A DNA stretch of 64,000 nt from an uncultured Actinomycetes bacterium (GCA_963798725.1 CAWCUL010000003.1:46910-110909); one strand, 5' to 3'. Positions 18,265 to 27,273 are shown, counted from the stretch's first letter. Numbers and translations are program-made. The notes: generated by a model not told the origin, from the sequence alone.

Positions 18265-19599
18265 ATCGATCGCCTGGTTGCCGTCGAGGCGCAGTCGCAT
18301 CGTCGTGCCCCCGCCGTCGGCCGGCTCGGCGACGACCGTCCCGCCGTGCGTCTCGGCAACCTGCTTCACGATCGCGAGGCCAAGGCCGGAGCCCGGCAGG
18401 CCACGCGCCGAGCGGGCGCGGTAGAAGCGGTCGAAGACGTACGGAAGGTCCTCGGCAGCGATTCCCGGGCCGTGGTCGCGAACGGTCACCTCGCCTGCGC
18501 GCACCGAAACCTCGACGGACGCGCCGCCGGGACTCCACTTCGCCGCGTTGTCGAGCAGGTTCCCGACGGCACGCTCGAGCGTCGACGGGACACCGCGGAT
18601 GGTGGTCTCCTCCGCCTCGAGTCGGAAGTCGGTGTCGGGCCTGTCCCGCGCGACGCGCTCGACTGCCGCCCGGGTGACCAGATCCAGGCGAACGTCCTCC
18701 GGCTCCGCGGGATGCTGCTTGCCCCGCGCGAGCTCCATGAGCTCCGCGATCAACGTGGTCATCTCCTCGATCTGCTCGACGGCATCGGAGAGGAGCCGTT
18801 CTCGCTCGTCGGGCGGAAGCTCACGCCCGCCGGCGAGCACCTCGATGTTCGTGCGCAGGCTCGTCAGCGGCGTCCGCAGCTCGTGCGAGGCGTCGGCGAC
18901 GAGCTGCCGCTGGGCGCGCGTGGAGTCCTCGAGCGCCGCGAGCATCGTGTTGAAGCTCGAGGCAAGCCGCCCGAGCTCGTCCTGTCCGCTTGCGTCGATG
19001 CGCTGCGACAGGTCGCCCGTCTCGCCCACGTGCTCGGTGGCGACTGTGAGCCGGGTGACCGGCGCGAGCGCGGCGCGGGAGACGCCGTAGCCGAGCGCCG
19101 CAGCGACCGCGACCCCGCCCCCGGCGATCAGAAGGAGAAAGAGCCTGAGCCGTCGCAGCGAGGCGTCGACCTCCGTGAGCGGGCGTGAGACCTGCAACGC
19201 CGCGATCCCGGGCGCGTACGTCGCGGTCAGCACGCGGAGATGGATGCCCTGCACGTGCTCGTCCGCGAAGAACGGCCTGGCCTCGCCTCGTGCAACGGCG
19301 AGCACCTGCTCGTCCACCGGCAGCTGGACGCTGTAGCCCTGCGGCAGGAAGACCTGACCGTCGAAGCGGACGAGCTGCGGATAGCCACCGCTTCGGCCCA
19401 CCTCGGGCTGGGGCGCGGAGAAGCGCCGGAGCGCCGGTATCGGGTCGCGTGCGATCTCGGCGGCCGTGTCGCGCAGCCCGTCGTCGACGGTGCTGCGCAG
19501 CTGATCGCGCACGACGACGTAGACCACGGCCGACGCCGCCACGACCGCCAGCGCCACGGCCGAGGCGGCGACGAGAATCAGACGGGCACGGAAGGACAT
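18259..19599 (-). CDS. mprB: HAMP sensor histidine kinase, MprB-like
   Basis: Two TMs, HAMP, DASHELRTPLTSLRTNIE, NLLDNAAKW, DHGPGI, GSGLGLAIV; ATG overlaps the regulator stop. Confidence 0.88.
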   Translation of the reverse strand: MSFRARLILVAASAVALAVVAASAVVYVVVRDQLRSTVDDGLRDTAAEIARDPIPALRRFSAPQPEVGRSGGYPQLVRFDGQVFLPQGYSVQLPVDEQVLAVARGEARPFFADEHVQGIHLRVLTATYAPGIAALQVSRPLTEVDASLRRLRLFLLLIAGGGVAVAAALGYGVSRAALAPVTRLTVATEHVGETGDLSQRIDASGQDELGRLASSFNTMLAALEDSTRAQRQLVADASHELRTPLTSLRTNIEVLAGGRELPPDERERLLSDAVEQIEEMTTLIAELMELARGKQHPAEPEDVRLDLVTRAAVERVARDRPDTDFRLEAEETTIRGVPSTLERAVGNLLDNAAKWSPGGASVEVSVRAGEVTVRDHGPGIAAEDLPYVFDRFYRARSARGLPGSGLGLAIVKQVAETHGGTVVAEPADGGGTTMRLRLDGNQAIDS

Positions 19600-20291
19600 C
19601 AGGCGGGCGACCGTCGCTCGGCGTCCGAGCGGAGGGCGTACCCGACCCCGCGGACGGTGTGGATGAGGCGTGGACGGTCGCCGGCCTCCGTCTTTCGACG
19701 CAGGTAGCCGATGTAGACGTCGAGCGAGTTCGAGGCGAAGCCGAAGTCGTATCCCCACACCCGCTCGAAGATCGTCGACCGGGTCAGGACCTGGCGCGGA
19801 TTGAGCAGGAACAGCTCGAGGAGCGAGAACTCCGTGCGGGTCAGCTCGACGGGCTCTCCGGCTCGTCGCACCTCGCGCGTGACGGGATTGAGCTCGAGAT
19901 CAGCGAAACGAAGCACCTCGCCCTCGCCCGGCGACGTCCTGCGCAGGAGCGCTCGCAGGCGCGCAAGCAGCTCCTCCAGCGCGAACGGCTTCGTCACGTA
20001 GTCGTCCGCCCCCGCGTCGAGGCCGGCGACGCGGTTCTCGACCTCGTCGCGTGCGGTGAGCACGAGCACAGGGACGCGGCTGCCCGACATGCGAAGCAGC
20101 CTGCAGACCTCGAGGCCGTCCGGCCCCGGCATCAGCACGTCGAGGACGACGGCGTCGGGCTCGTCCTCGTCGAGGCGGGCAAGCGCCTGCCTGCCGTCCT
20201 CGGCCAGCTCGACCTCGTAGCCCTCGAGCTCCAGAGCACGTCTGAGCGCCTCGCGCACGGCACGCTCGTCGTCGACGACCATGATCTTCAC
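19599..20291 (-). CDS. mprA: OmpR-family response regulator, MprA-like
   Basis: [30 protein letters not shown]...[13 protein letters not shown]...TVRGVGY; CACAAT six nt before GTG (leaderless). Confidence 0.9.
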   Translation of the reverse strand: MKIMVVDDERAVREALRRALELEGYEVELAEDGRQALARLDEDEPDAVVLDVLMPGPDGLEVCRLLRMSGSRVPVLVLTARDEVENRVAGLDAGADDYVTKPFALEELLARLRALLRRTSPGEGEVLRFADLELNPVTREVRRAGEPVELTRTEFSLLELFLLNPRQVLTRSTIFERVWGYDFGFASNSLDVYIGYLRRKTEAGDRPRLIHTVRGVGYALRSDAERRSPA

Positions 20292-20313
20292 GCGCACATT
20301 GTGCGGTGCGCGC

Positions 20314-20330
20314 ATGAGACGTAGGTAAGA
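20314..20330 (-). promoter_or_regulatory. MprA-type direct repeat TCTTAC-N5-TCTCAT upstream of mprA (autoregulation)
   Basis: 11-bp spaced hexamers just upstream of the CACAAT -10. Confidence 0.55.
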
Positions 20331-20420
20331 GCCCGTCGCGGAATGAGGGCTCGTGGGCTGCCCGACGTTCAGGCCGCATGCGGCTTCGCTCCGCGAAGAG
20401 CTCCAGAAGCTCCTGCGTGG

Positions 20421-20459
20421 TCTCACGGAGTTCTTACATGCGTCTCAGGCTGGTCTTAG
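20421..20459 (+). promoter_or_regulatory. Four-fold MprA-type repeat array upstream of htrA
   Basis: TCTCAC 20421, TCTTAC 20432, TCTCAG 20443, TCTTAG 20454; exact 11-bp period. Confidence 0.7.
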
Positions 20460-20473
20460 GCGCGCCTGATCCC

Positions 20474-21628
20474 ATGAGCGTCATGACGACATCCAATACC
20501 CGCAAGCTCACTGTGACCGCCGCAGCGCTGTTCGCCGCCCTCGGAATCGGCGCCGGCGGCACCGCCGTCGCGTTCACGCTCTTCGACTCGGCCGGCTCCG
20601 CCCCCGCGACGGAGGCGGCCCCAGGCGGCTCCGCGTCCAACGCGAGCGCCGGGTCGCTCACGATCAACCAGATCTACCGCAAGACCTACAAGGGCGTCGT
20701 CGAGGTGAACGTGACGTCGACGACCAGCTCCGGGTTCGGCCCGGGCGAGAGCCAGCAGGCGCTTGGCACGGGCTTCGTGCTCGACCGGCAGGGCCACGTC
20801 CTGACGAACGAGCACGTCGTCGACGGTGCCCAGACCGTGTCGGTTCGCTTCTCGAACGGCGCGAGCTACAAGGCGACCGTGGTCGGGGCCGACGCGTCGA
20901 CCGATATCGCCGTGCTGCACGTCGATGCGCCGTCGTCCCTCCTCACGCCGCTCGCGATCGGCGACTCGGGCGCGGTGCAGGTCGGTGACGGCGTCGTGGC
21001 CATCGGCAGCCCGTTCGGGCTCGCCGAGACGGTGACGAGCGGCATCGTCAGCGCTCTCCATCGGCAGATGACTTCTCCCAACCAGTTCACGATCAACGAC
21101 TCCATCCAGACCGACGCGGCCATCAACCATGGCAATTCGGGCGGTCCGCTCCTGAACGCTGCGGGCGAGGTGGTCGGGGTCAACGCCCAGATCCAGAGCG
21201 ACTCCGGCGGGAGCGACGGCGTCGGCTTCGCAATCCCGTCGAACACCGCCAAGTCGATCGCCGCGCAGCTGATAGCGAGCGGCAAGGCCGAGCACGCTTA
21301 CCTGGGCGTCGGCGTGGCCTCGGTGCCCGAAGCGGTCGCCGGTCAGCTCGGCGTCACCGCGGGTGTCGCGGTCACCGACGTGCGACCGGGCACTCCCGCC
21401 GCAGGCGCCGGTCTCCGTGCGGCGACCGGCGAGAGCACCGTCGACGGTCAGGCGTATCCCACCGGCGGAGACGTGATCACCGCCGTCGACGGGAACGCGC
21501 TGAGCTCCGCCGCCGAGCTGCAGAGCGCGATCGACGCACACCGGCCGGGCGACACGATCGCCTTGACGGTCCGTCGCGACGGCTCCACGCGCACCGTTCA
21601 CGTGCAGCTCGCGACGCGGCCGTCGTAG
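20474..21628 (+). CDS. htrA: HtrA/PepD-like S1C serine protease with N-terminal TM and one PDZ domain
   Basis: GTGFV, LTNEHVV, TDIAVL, IQTDAAINHGNSGGPL, PDZ (GDVITAVDG). Confidence 0.93.
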   Translation: MSVMTTSNTRKLTVTAAALFAALGIGAGGTAVAFTLFDSAGSAPATEAAPGGSASNASAGSLTINQIYRKTYKGVVEVNVTSTTSSGFGPGESQQALGTGFVLDRQGHVLTNEHVVDGAQTVSVRFSNGASYKATVVGADASTDIAVLHVDAPSSLLTPLAIGDSGAVQVGDGVVAIGSPFGLAETVTSGIVSALHRQMTSPNQFTINDSIQTDAAINHGNSGGPLLNAAGEVVGVNAQIQSDSGGSDGVGFAIPSNTAKSIAAQLIASGKAEHAYLGVGVASVPEAVAGQLGVTAGVAVTDVRPGTPAAGAGLRAATGESTVDGQAYPTGGDVITAVDGNALSSAAELQSAIDAHRPGDTIALTVRRDGSTRTVHVQLATRPS

Positions 21629-21672
21629 AGCGCCCGACACGAGGGCTGCCGGCGCTCGCTCCCGGCGACACC

Positions 21673-21707
21673 CTCCGCGGCCGGCCCCACCAGGGCCGGC
21701 CGCGGAG
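21673..21707 (+). terminator. GC-rich 15-bp perfect hairpin downstream of htrA (intrinsic terminator-like, no U-tract)
   Basis: CTCCGCGGCCGGCCC-CACCA-GGGCCGGCCGCGGAG. Confidence 0.6.
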
Positions 21708-21732
21708 CCAGGCGCGATGCGGCACAGCCCCA

Positions 21733-21755
21733 GCTTGTGTTGATTCAACACAAGC
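21733..21755. promoter_or_regulatory. Perfect 23-bp palindromic operator overlapping the promoter of the MmcQ/YjbR gene
   Basis: GCTTGTGTTGA-T-TCAACACAAGC, followed by TACCCT-N6-ATG. Confidence 0.65.
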
Positions 21756-21772
21756 GTCACTACCCTTGACCC

Positions 21773-22141
21773 ATGGTGACGCTCGACGACGTGCGCGCCT
21801 TCGCGAACGGGCTTCCGCGCGCGACGGAGGTCTTCGTGCAGGGTCGGGTCAAATACCGGGTCGGCCGGATCGTGTTTCTCTCGTTCTCGCGCGACGAGAC
21901 GTTGATGGGCTTCGGGTTTCCGAAGGAGTGGCGCGAGGCGCTCGTCTCCTCGGAACCGGAGAAGTTCCTGCTCCCGCGCGAATCCGACCTGCGCTACAAC
22001 TGGGCGGTCGTCCGCCTCGCGGCGATCGACGAGCCCGAGCTGCGCGAGCTGGTGCTCGACGCCTGGCACATGGTCGTGCCGAAGAAGGTGTCGGCCGCCT
22101 ACAGCCAGCCCGGGCGCGGCACCGCCACGCGTCCGGACTGA
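21773..22141 (+). CDS. MmcQ/YjbR family protein
   Basis: VKYRVGRIVF, WAVVRLAAIDEPELRELVLDAW...PKK pattern. Confidence 0.82.
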   Translation: MVTLDDVRAFANGLPRATEVFVQGRVKYRVGRIVFLSFSRDETLMGFGFPKEWREALVSSEPEKFLLPRESDLRYNWAVVRLAAIDEPELRELVLDAWHMVVPKKVSAAYSQPGRGTATRPD

Positions 22142-22344
22142 CGGACGTTTCCTCGAATCGCTATCGGCTCCCTACAGTCGCCACGTTCGTTGCGCGCTAC
22201 CTGGTCGCGGACTGAGATCACCGCAGTGGCCTTTGGATCGGCATCCGGCGCCCGGGCGACGGGTAGTCCACATGCTCATTCGGTCGCGTAACGTCGTCAG
22301 GACTGCGTTCCAGGGTGTTCCGTCATCGCCCGCCGGGAGAGCCG

Positions 22345-22626
22345 CTAGGGGTGGAGCACCTCGTGAACGGGGAACTCCTTGATGTCGGGCGGCCCCTGCG
22401 GTTGGACGCCCGCTGCCTCCATCCCTTCGGCGATTCGGCCCGCGAACGCGTCGAAGTCCTCGCGTGACTCCCAGAAGTCGATGATTCCCCAACCGCCGTC
22501 GACCGGTCCCGACGCGTGAAAGAGGAGACCCTTCGGCGGCGTTCGGTCGGGATTGATGTGGTCGTGTCCGCGATCGAACTGGTCCTGGGTGATCCCGAGG
22601 AGCTTGATGCGGATGCCAACGGCCAT
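22345..22626 (-). CDS. Small dimeric alpha+beta barrel-like hypothetical protein
   Basis: GLLFHASGPVDGGWGIIDFWESREDFDAF pattern; GAGG RBS. Confidence 0.75.
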   Translation of the reverse strand: MAVGIRIKLLGITQDQFDRGHDHINPDRTPPKGLLFHASGPVDGGWGIIDFWESREDFDAFAGRIAEGMEAAGVQPQGPPDIKEFPVHEVLHP

Positions 22627-22756
22627 GCGGCCTCGCTTTCATTGGGGAACTCGACTCTACTCCGATGGCTCCGCCATGGCGCGACGGCTTCCTCATCTTC
22701 TCGTCCTCGTAACACCTCGCTCATGTCGGACGCGGCGTTCGTGAGGTCGGAGCCGT

Positions 22757-23263
22757 TCAGCTCCGGTTCTGGCTCGTGAGGAGCGCGTGAATCTGTCTGG
22801 TCAGGTCCGCGACCTGCTCGGTTAGCTCCTTGTCCTGCCGTGTGAGGTCGGTGTTCGACGTGAGGAGCACGAGCAGCTTGTCGGTCTCCGTCTTCGAGAT
22901 TTGCTCGAGCCGGCTGTGGCCCGTCTCGATCCGATCGGCGTGGGCCTTGTCGCGGTCTGCCTGACGCGTCTGCGCCAGCAGGATCAGGGGTGCTGCGTAG
23001 GCGGCCTGCAGTGAGAAGAGCAGGTTCAAGGCGATGAACGGATAGACGTCCCACGCGAACCCGAGATGCAGCTGGGTCGAGTTGACTACCACCCACGCGA
23101 GCACCGCAACGGTCTGACCGACGATGTACTGCGGCGTGCCGAAGAACCTGGCGGCCTTCTCCGCCAACCGTCCGAACGCGTCGTTGCCGAACGCCCCATG
23201 GAGCTGCGCACGGTGATGGTGCTCCGCGAGGTCCGCGGCTTCGGGTGCACTTTCCGAGGACAC
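22757..23263 (-). CDS. DUF1003 family membrane protein
   Basis: FFGTPQYIVGQT, DVYPFIALNLLFSLQAAYAAPLILLAQTRQADRD; start inferred at GTG 23263. Confidence 0.85.
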   Translation of the reverse strand: MSSESAPEAADLAEHHHRAQLHGAFGNDAFGRLAEKAARFFGTPQYIVGQTVAVLAWVVVNSTQLHLGFAWDVYPFIALNLLFSLQAAYAAPLILLAQTRQADRDKAHADRIETGHSRLEQISKTETDKLLVLLTSNTDLTRQDKELTEQVADLTRQIHALLTSQNRS

Positions 23264-23464
23264 CTTGCTGGCGTGTTCTCGCCCTCGAAGCCCGCTCCTC
23301 CGCCAACCCCCGTGGGATGGCCCGCCGCCCAGACGGTCTGGCCCTCGCGTGCGCCAGTGTTCGGGAATGTCTTTTGGGGCGCTCAGCGCTCCGCCCGAGA
23401 GTCCGGGCGTATGCTCATCCACACTCGGCGGCGATCCCGGCGCGGAGGACAAGGGAGGACCGAC

Positions 23465-23737
23465 ATGCTGCTGGCAACGACGAAGGTCGAGGACGTGGAC
23501 CGCTTCCTCAGCATCTTCTCCACCAAGGGCGCCGAGAAGCGACAGCAGCACGGGTCCAAGGGCTCGACCGTCTTTCGCGATCCCGCCGAGGAGGACAGGG
23601 TCTGGGTGATCTTCGACTGGGATGCGGACGGCTGGCAGAGCTTCGTCTCCGATCCGGAGGTGCCGGCGATCCTGCAAGAGGCCGGGCACATCGGTCGGCC
23701 GCAGGCGGCTGAGCTCGCCGGTCAGTACGACGCCTAG
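23465..23737 (+). CDS. Small dimeric alpha+beta barrel-like hypothetical protein
   Basis: RBS AAGGGAGG; VFRDPAEEDRVWVIFDWD pattern. Confidence 0.75.
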   Translation: MLLATTKVEDVDRFLSIFSTKGAEKRQQHGSKGSTVFRDPAEEDRVWVIFDWDADGWQSFVSDPEVPAILQEAGHIGRPQAAELAGQYDA

Positions 23738-23806
23738 AACCGCTCGCGTCGGGCGCAATGCCGAGGCGCCGCGGCTCGACCGCTAGTTCCTCGACGGGGT
23801 ATCGAC

Positions 23807-23832
23807 TGCCGCCAGGGTGAGGCCTGGCGGCA
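23807..23832. repeat. 10-bp perfect inverted repeat (hairpin) upstream of the cupin gene
   Basis: TGCCGCCAGG-GTGAGG-CCTGGCGGCA. Confidence 0.55.
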
Positions 23833-23855
23833 ATGCTTTCAGAGAGGAGAGCGCG

Positions 23856-24200
23856 GTGGACAACGAACAGGCAACACCTGAGACGAAAGGTGTTACGGCA
23901 GAGGTCCTTGCGACGGTTGACCTTGGCTCTGAGATCGAGGGCATGGCAGGGCGCTGGCTTCGAATGCGCATGGTGAGCATCGAGCCTGGGGGCGTTTTCG
24001 GCCCTATTCACGACCACAAGGACAGGCCAGGCATCGTTTACATACTGCAAGGAACGATCACTGACCATCGAGAAGGAGTTGCTACCGACTACGGGCCGGG
24101 AGTGGGCTGGCCCGAGGATAGGAACACCACACACTGGCTCGAGAACAGAGGAGCGATGCCGGCACTGGAGATCTCGGTGGACATAGTCAGGCAGGAGTAG
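23856..24200 (+). CDS. Cupin domain protein with atypical (AT-richer) codon usage
   Basis: PIHDHKDRPGIVYILQG...HWLEN; RBS GAGAGGAG before GTG. Confidence 0.85.
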   Translation: MDNEQATPETKGVTAEVLATVDLGSEIEGMAGRWLRMRMVSIEPGGVFGPIHDHKDRPGIVYILQGTITDHREGVATDYGPGVGWPEDRNTTHWLENRGAMPALEISVDIVRQE

Positions 24201-24646
24201 GCTCGGGCCCGAACGTCTACTGCACGAGCGCCTCGGCACATGCCGGTCGAGAAGCGCTCCCTTGTGCGGGCGTGGCGTTCGGAATGTCGCCTGGGGTCGA
24301 CCCGACGCAGCCGGCTCAGCTCGTCGTACGCGTGTCGGCGTCAGATCACCGAGGCCGAGACGACGATCCGGCGGAACCACGAGGCCCGTTGTGGTAACGA
24401 ACGCCGTGGCGGTCGACCGGCCGAGCGGCCGACCACCGTGGGACCTACGCGAACGGCAAACGACTCTTCATCGAAGCCGAGACGACCAAGGGAGCAGGCG
24501 CCGCCGTCGAGCGGGAGATCCAGCAGATCGTCAAATCGATCAGCTTCGAATGAACGGAAGATCTTGCGCGATACGCCCGGAGGTGAGAACGTCGGTCACT
24601 GCGAGCGTGCAGAAATGTCCCGAGGCTCCCTAGATGGACATCGGAC

Positions 24647-25804
24647 TCAAGAGGGCAACGGCGCGCCAGTCAGCGCCGCAACCAACCCTGCGGTCGCTGC
24701 GAGCAAGAGCGTCACGACGACACCGCGCCGTAGTGCGAGGAGCAAGATCGCAGCCGCAGCAAGGACGGCGTACTGCCAGCCTTCCTGGAGGGCGCGGCCA
24801 AGCGGGATCGAGGAGCCGAGGATGGCGCCGATCGCAGCCGGGCCTGCGCCGTCGAGGAAGGAGCGGGCACGTTTGTCGCGGCGGATCTGATCGAAGCGTC
24901 GGCCGCCCCCGAGGATGAAGACGAAGGAGGGCGAGAACGCCACGACGGCCGCAAGAAGCGCGCCTCCGATCCCCGCGGCCGCATAGCCGACAGCCGCGAC
25001 CGTGTGCACGACAGGGCCGGGAGTGATCTGGCCGAGCGCAACCGCGTTCAGAAATTGGCCGGCCGTCATCCAGTGGTACCGGTCGACCGCGTCTCCCTGC
25101 ATGAGCGGGATGATCACGAAGCCTCCCCCGTAGGAAAGGGCACCGACCTTGAAGGCCACCCAGGCCAAGGACAGCAGACCGCCCGTTGCCACTCCCGCTG
25201 CCGCGAGCGGCACGACACCGATCGGGCCCCTTGGCGAAGCGATCGCTCGTTGCATGATCAGCTCGGTCACGCCGCAGGCGAGCAGGACGAGCACGAGCCA
25301 CGGCCCGAGAGTTGCCGCGGCGGCTCCCCCTGCGAGCACGTAGACGACCCAGCGGATGCGAGCGCCACCCGCGACTCGTCGCCAGCTTGCCGGAACCAGA
25401 GACCAGCCTGCGTGTACCGCCACCGCCGCCACCGCGGCTCCCGCCCCCGCCCCTGCCCCGAGCACGACCCGCGGCGGTGACGACGCCAGGAAGAGCGCTG
25501 CCAGCGCGATGATCAAGAGGAGGCCGGGCAGGATGAAGGCGGCGCCACCGAGTATCGCGCCGGAGCGGCCTCGCAACCGCCAAGCGCAGTAGATCGCGAG
25601 CTGCGTCGAGGCTGGGCCGGGCAGCAGGTTGCAGGCCGCGATCGCGTCCTCGAAGTCCTCGGGATCGAGCCAGCGGCGCCTTTCGACGCATAGCCGGCGC
25701 AGAAGGGCGATATGCGTCGGCGGCCCGCCGAACCCTATGCAGCCAATCCGTCCCCACTCGCGCACGAGCGTGGTGAGCGGCACGGCATCAGACGAAGCGG
25801 TCAC
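24647..25804 (-). CDS. chrA: Chromate efflux transporter (CHR family, long-chain)
   Basis: GFGGPPTHI, LLPGPASTQL, SYGGGFVIIP, ALGQITPGP duplicated motifs. Confidence 0.92.
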   Translation of the reverse strand: MTASSDAVPLTTLVREWGRIGCIGFGGPPTHIALLRRLCVERRRWLDPEDFEDAIAACNLLPGPASTQLAIYCAWRLRGRSGAILGGAAFILPGLLLIIALAALFLASSPPRVVLGAGAGAGAAVAAVAVHAGWSLVPASWRRVAGGARIRWVVYVLAGGAAAATLGPWLVLVLLACGVTELIMQRAIASPRGPIGVVPLAAAGVATGGLLSLAWVAFKVGALSYGGGFVIIPLMQGDAVDRYHWMTAGQFLNAVALGQITPGPVVHTVAAVGYAAAGIGGALLAAVVAFSPSFVFILGGGRRFDQIRRDKRARSFLDGAGPAAIGAILGSSIPLGRALQEGWQYAVLAAAAILLLALRRGVVVTLLLAATAGLVAALTGAPLPS

Positions 25805-25925
25805 AGCCCAAGCGGAGGTTATGCGGCGGTGGCTCGCGTAAGAACTCGTTTCCTCGATCGAGCGGGCCCGGATGGGCCAGTATTCGGGAACTGCCCCTTG
25901 AGCCGACCTCTCTACCATCCCGCTC

Positions 25926-26321
25926 GTGAGCACTCGACACGCGGCGTGTAGTTCTGGGCAGCTCCGGCTCACGGTCGACGGAGAGCCGGTGCGAGTCTCG
26001 ATGTGCCACTGTCTCGCGTGCCAGCGTCGTACCGGGAGCGTCTTCGGTGTCCAGGCGCGATTCGAGGCGGATCAGGTAACGACCGAGGGTGTCTCTCGGC
26101 AGTACATCCGCGTCTCGGACGATGGAGGGAAAGGCGTCTTCCACTTCTGCCCGGACTGCGGCGCGACCGTGTTCTACACCACCGAGGGTATGCCTGGAGT
26201 CGTGGCCGTCCCGGTGGGCGCGTTCGCGGATCCTTCCTTCCCTGCGCCGACGAGGTCGGTCTGGGAGGAGCGGCAGCATTCGTGGCTGCGGCTTCCAGAC
26301 GACATCGAACACCTGCACTAA
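25926..26321 (+). CDS. GFA/CENP-V family protein
   Basis: CSSG, CHCLACQRRTG, FCPDCG Zn motifs; TACCAT-N7-GTG. Confidence 0.9.
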   Translation: MSTRHAACSSGQLRLTVDGEPVRVSMCHCLACQRRTGSVFGVQARFEADQVTTEGVSRQYIRVSDDGGKGVFHFCPDCGATVFYTTEGMPGVVAVPVGAFADPSFPAPTRSVWEERQHSWLRLPDDIEHLH

Positions 26322-26382
26322 CCGGGGGCCAGATCACGCGCCTGCGCCACGTTCGGGAAGGGCCACCCGACGTGCGAGGCGG

Positions 26383-26673
26383 TTACGGGATGTGGACGGG
26401 CACCTCGAAGCGATCGAGCGCGACACGGTGCATCGACCCCTCACCCGGTGCCATCGCGCTCATCGCTGCATCTCCCTCTCTCAGGTCGTCCTCGGTCTCG
26501 AACAGCAGCACTTCGACAACCTTTCCGTCCACACGGTCGACCATCATCAAGAACCCGACTGCCGGGATCCCGTCGGGCAGGCCGCCTCCATCCGTGTAGC
26601 GCCGCGTCGTCTCGACCTCGCCGTCGATCAATCGCGGATCGTCGACCTCGAATGTCGCCACGCGAGCGAACAT
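26383..26673 (-). CDS. Small alpha+beta barrel-like hypothetical protein
   Basis: RBS GGAGGTG; MFARVATF...LMMVDRVDGKVVEVLLFETEDDL pattern. Confidence 0.7.
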   Translation of the reverse strand: MFARVATFEVDDPRLIDGEVETTRRYTDGGGLPDGIPAVGFLMMVDRVDGKVVEVLLFETEDDLREGDAAMSAMAPGEGSMHRVALDRFEVPVHIP

Positions 26674-26793
26674 CGTCACCTCCAGGGCTGCACGGCCACA
26701 AGCGAGAGCAACCTAACGCATTCCGTCGACGACACCAGGCCTCGAGGAGTCGGTAGCCGCGCCTTCGGAGCCAGGTTGAAGTACCTTCCGTGA

Positions 26794-27108
26794 ATGCTTC
26801 CAGGCCGTATTCGGCATACCGTCGCCTTCACGCTGATCCACGCCGCCGACTCGGAGCATGAGACCGGCTTTCTCGACGCGGCAGAAAGGCTGGCTGCGAT
26901 ACCGGGCGTCGAGGCGTTCGAGCTCTTGGCCGAGCTGAGCCCGAAGAACGACTACCGATTCGGGATCTCGATGGAGTTCGCAGATCGAGCCGCATACGAG
27001 CGCTACAACGAGCACCCGGATCATGTCCGCTTCGTGCAGGAGCGTTGGCTACCCGAGGTGACCGACTTCCTCGAAATCGACTACGCGGCACGACCGCGAT
27101 CAAGGTGA
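26794..27108 (+). CDS. Dabb (stress-responsive A/B barrel) protein
   Basis: IRHTVAF, FADRAAYERYNEHPDH, EIDY; TACCTT-N6-ATG. Confidence 0.85.
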   Translation: MLPGRIRHTVAFTLIHAADSEHETGFLDAAERLAAIPGVEAFELLAELSPKNDYRFGISMEFADRAAYERYNEHPDHVRFVQERWLPEVTDFLEIDYAARPRSR

Positions 27109-27153
27109 CCGACGGCACCCGTGAAGTCGTCTCCGAGGGGCACTGGAAGCTGT

Positions 27154-27273
27154 TCACCCGATAGGACCGAGAGCGCTTCGCAAGGAGATGGGCGCTTTAA
27201 ACGGTCCTTCGCGGACGGACTGATACGCGACGGTGACATCGCCGCTCCTCGCGTACCGGGTCTCGGGTAGCAC
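27154..27273 (-). pseudogene. 5' relic of an alpha/beta-hydrolase/adenylate-cyclase (LipJ-like) gene
   Basis: VLPETRYARSGDVTVAYQSVREGPF matches the typical N-terminus, then diverges and stops within about 14 codons. Confidence 0.6.

Noticed and set aside
24201-24646. About 440-nt unexplained gap between the cupin and chrA
   Set aside because: Translations in the frames I examined gave no recognisable motif, and I saw no strong structure; possibly decayed DNA, but not supportable
26315-26390. attC-like pattern (CACTAAC...GTTACGG) between convergent genes, and TAAC...GTT elements at 26711 and 30314
   Set aside because: L boxes do not pair as in attC, genes alternate in orientation and carry their own promoters, and no integrase is present; here TAAC/GTTA are simply the two stop codons
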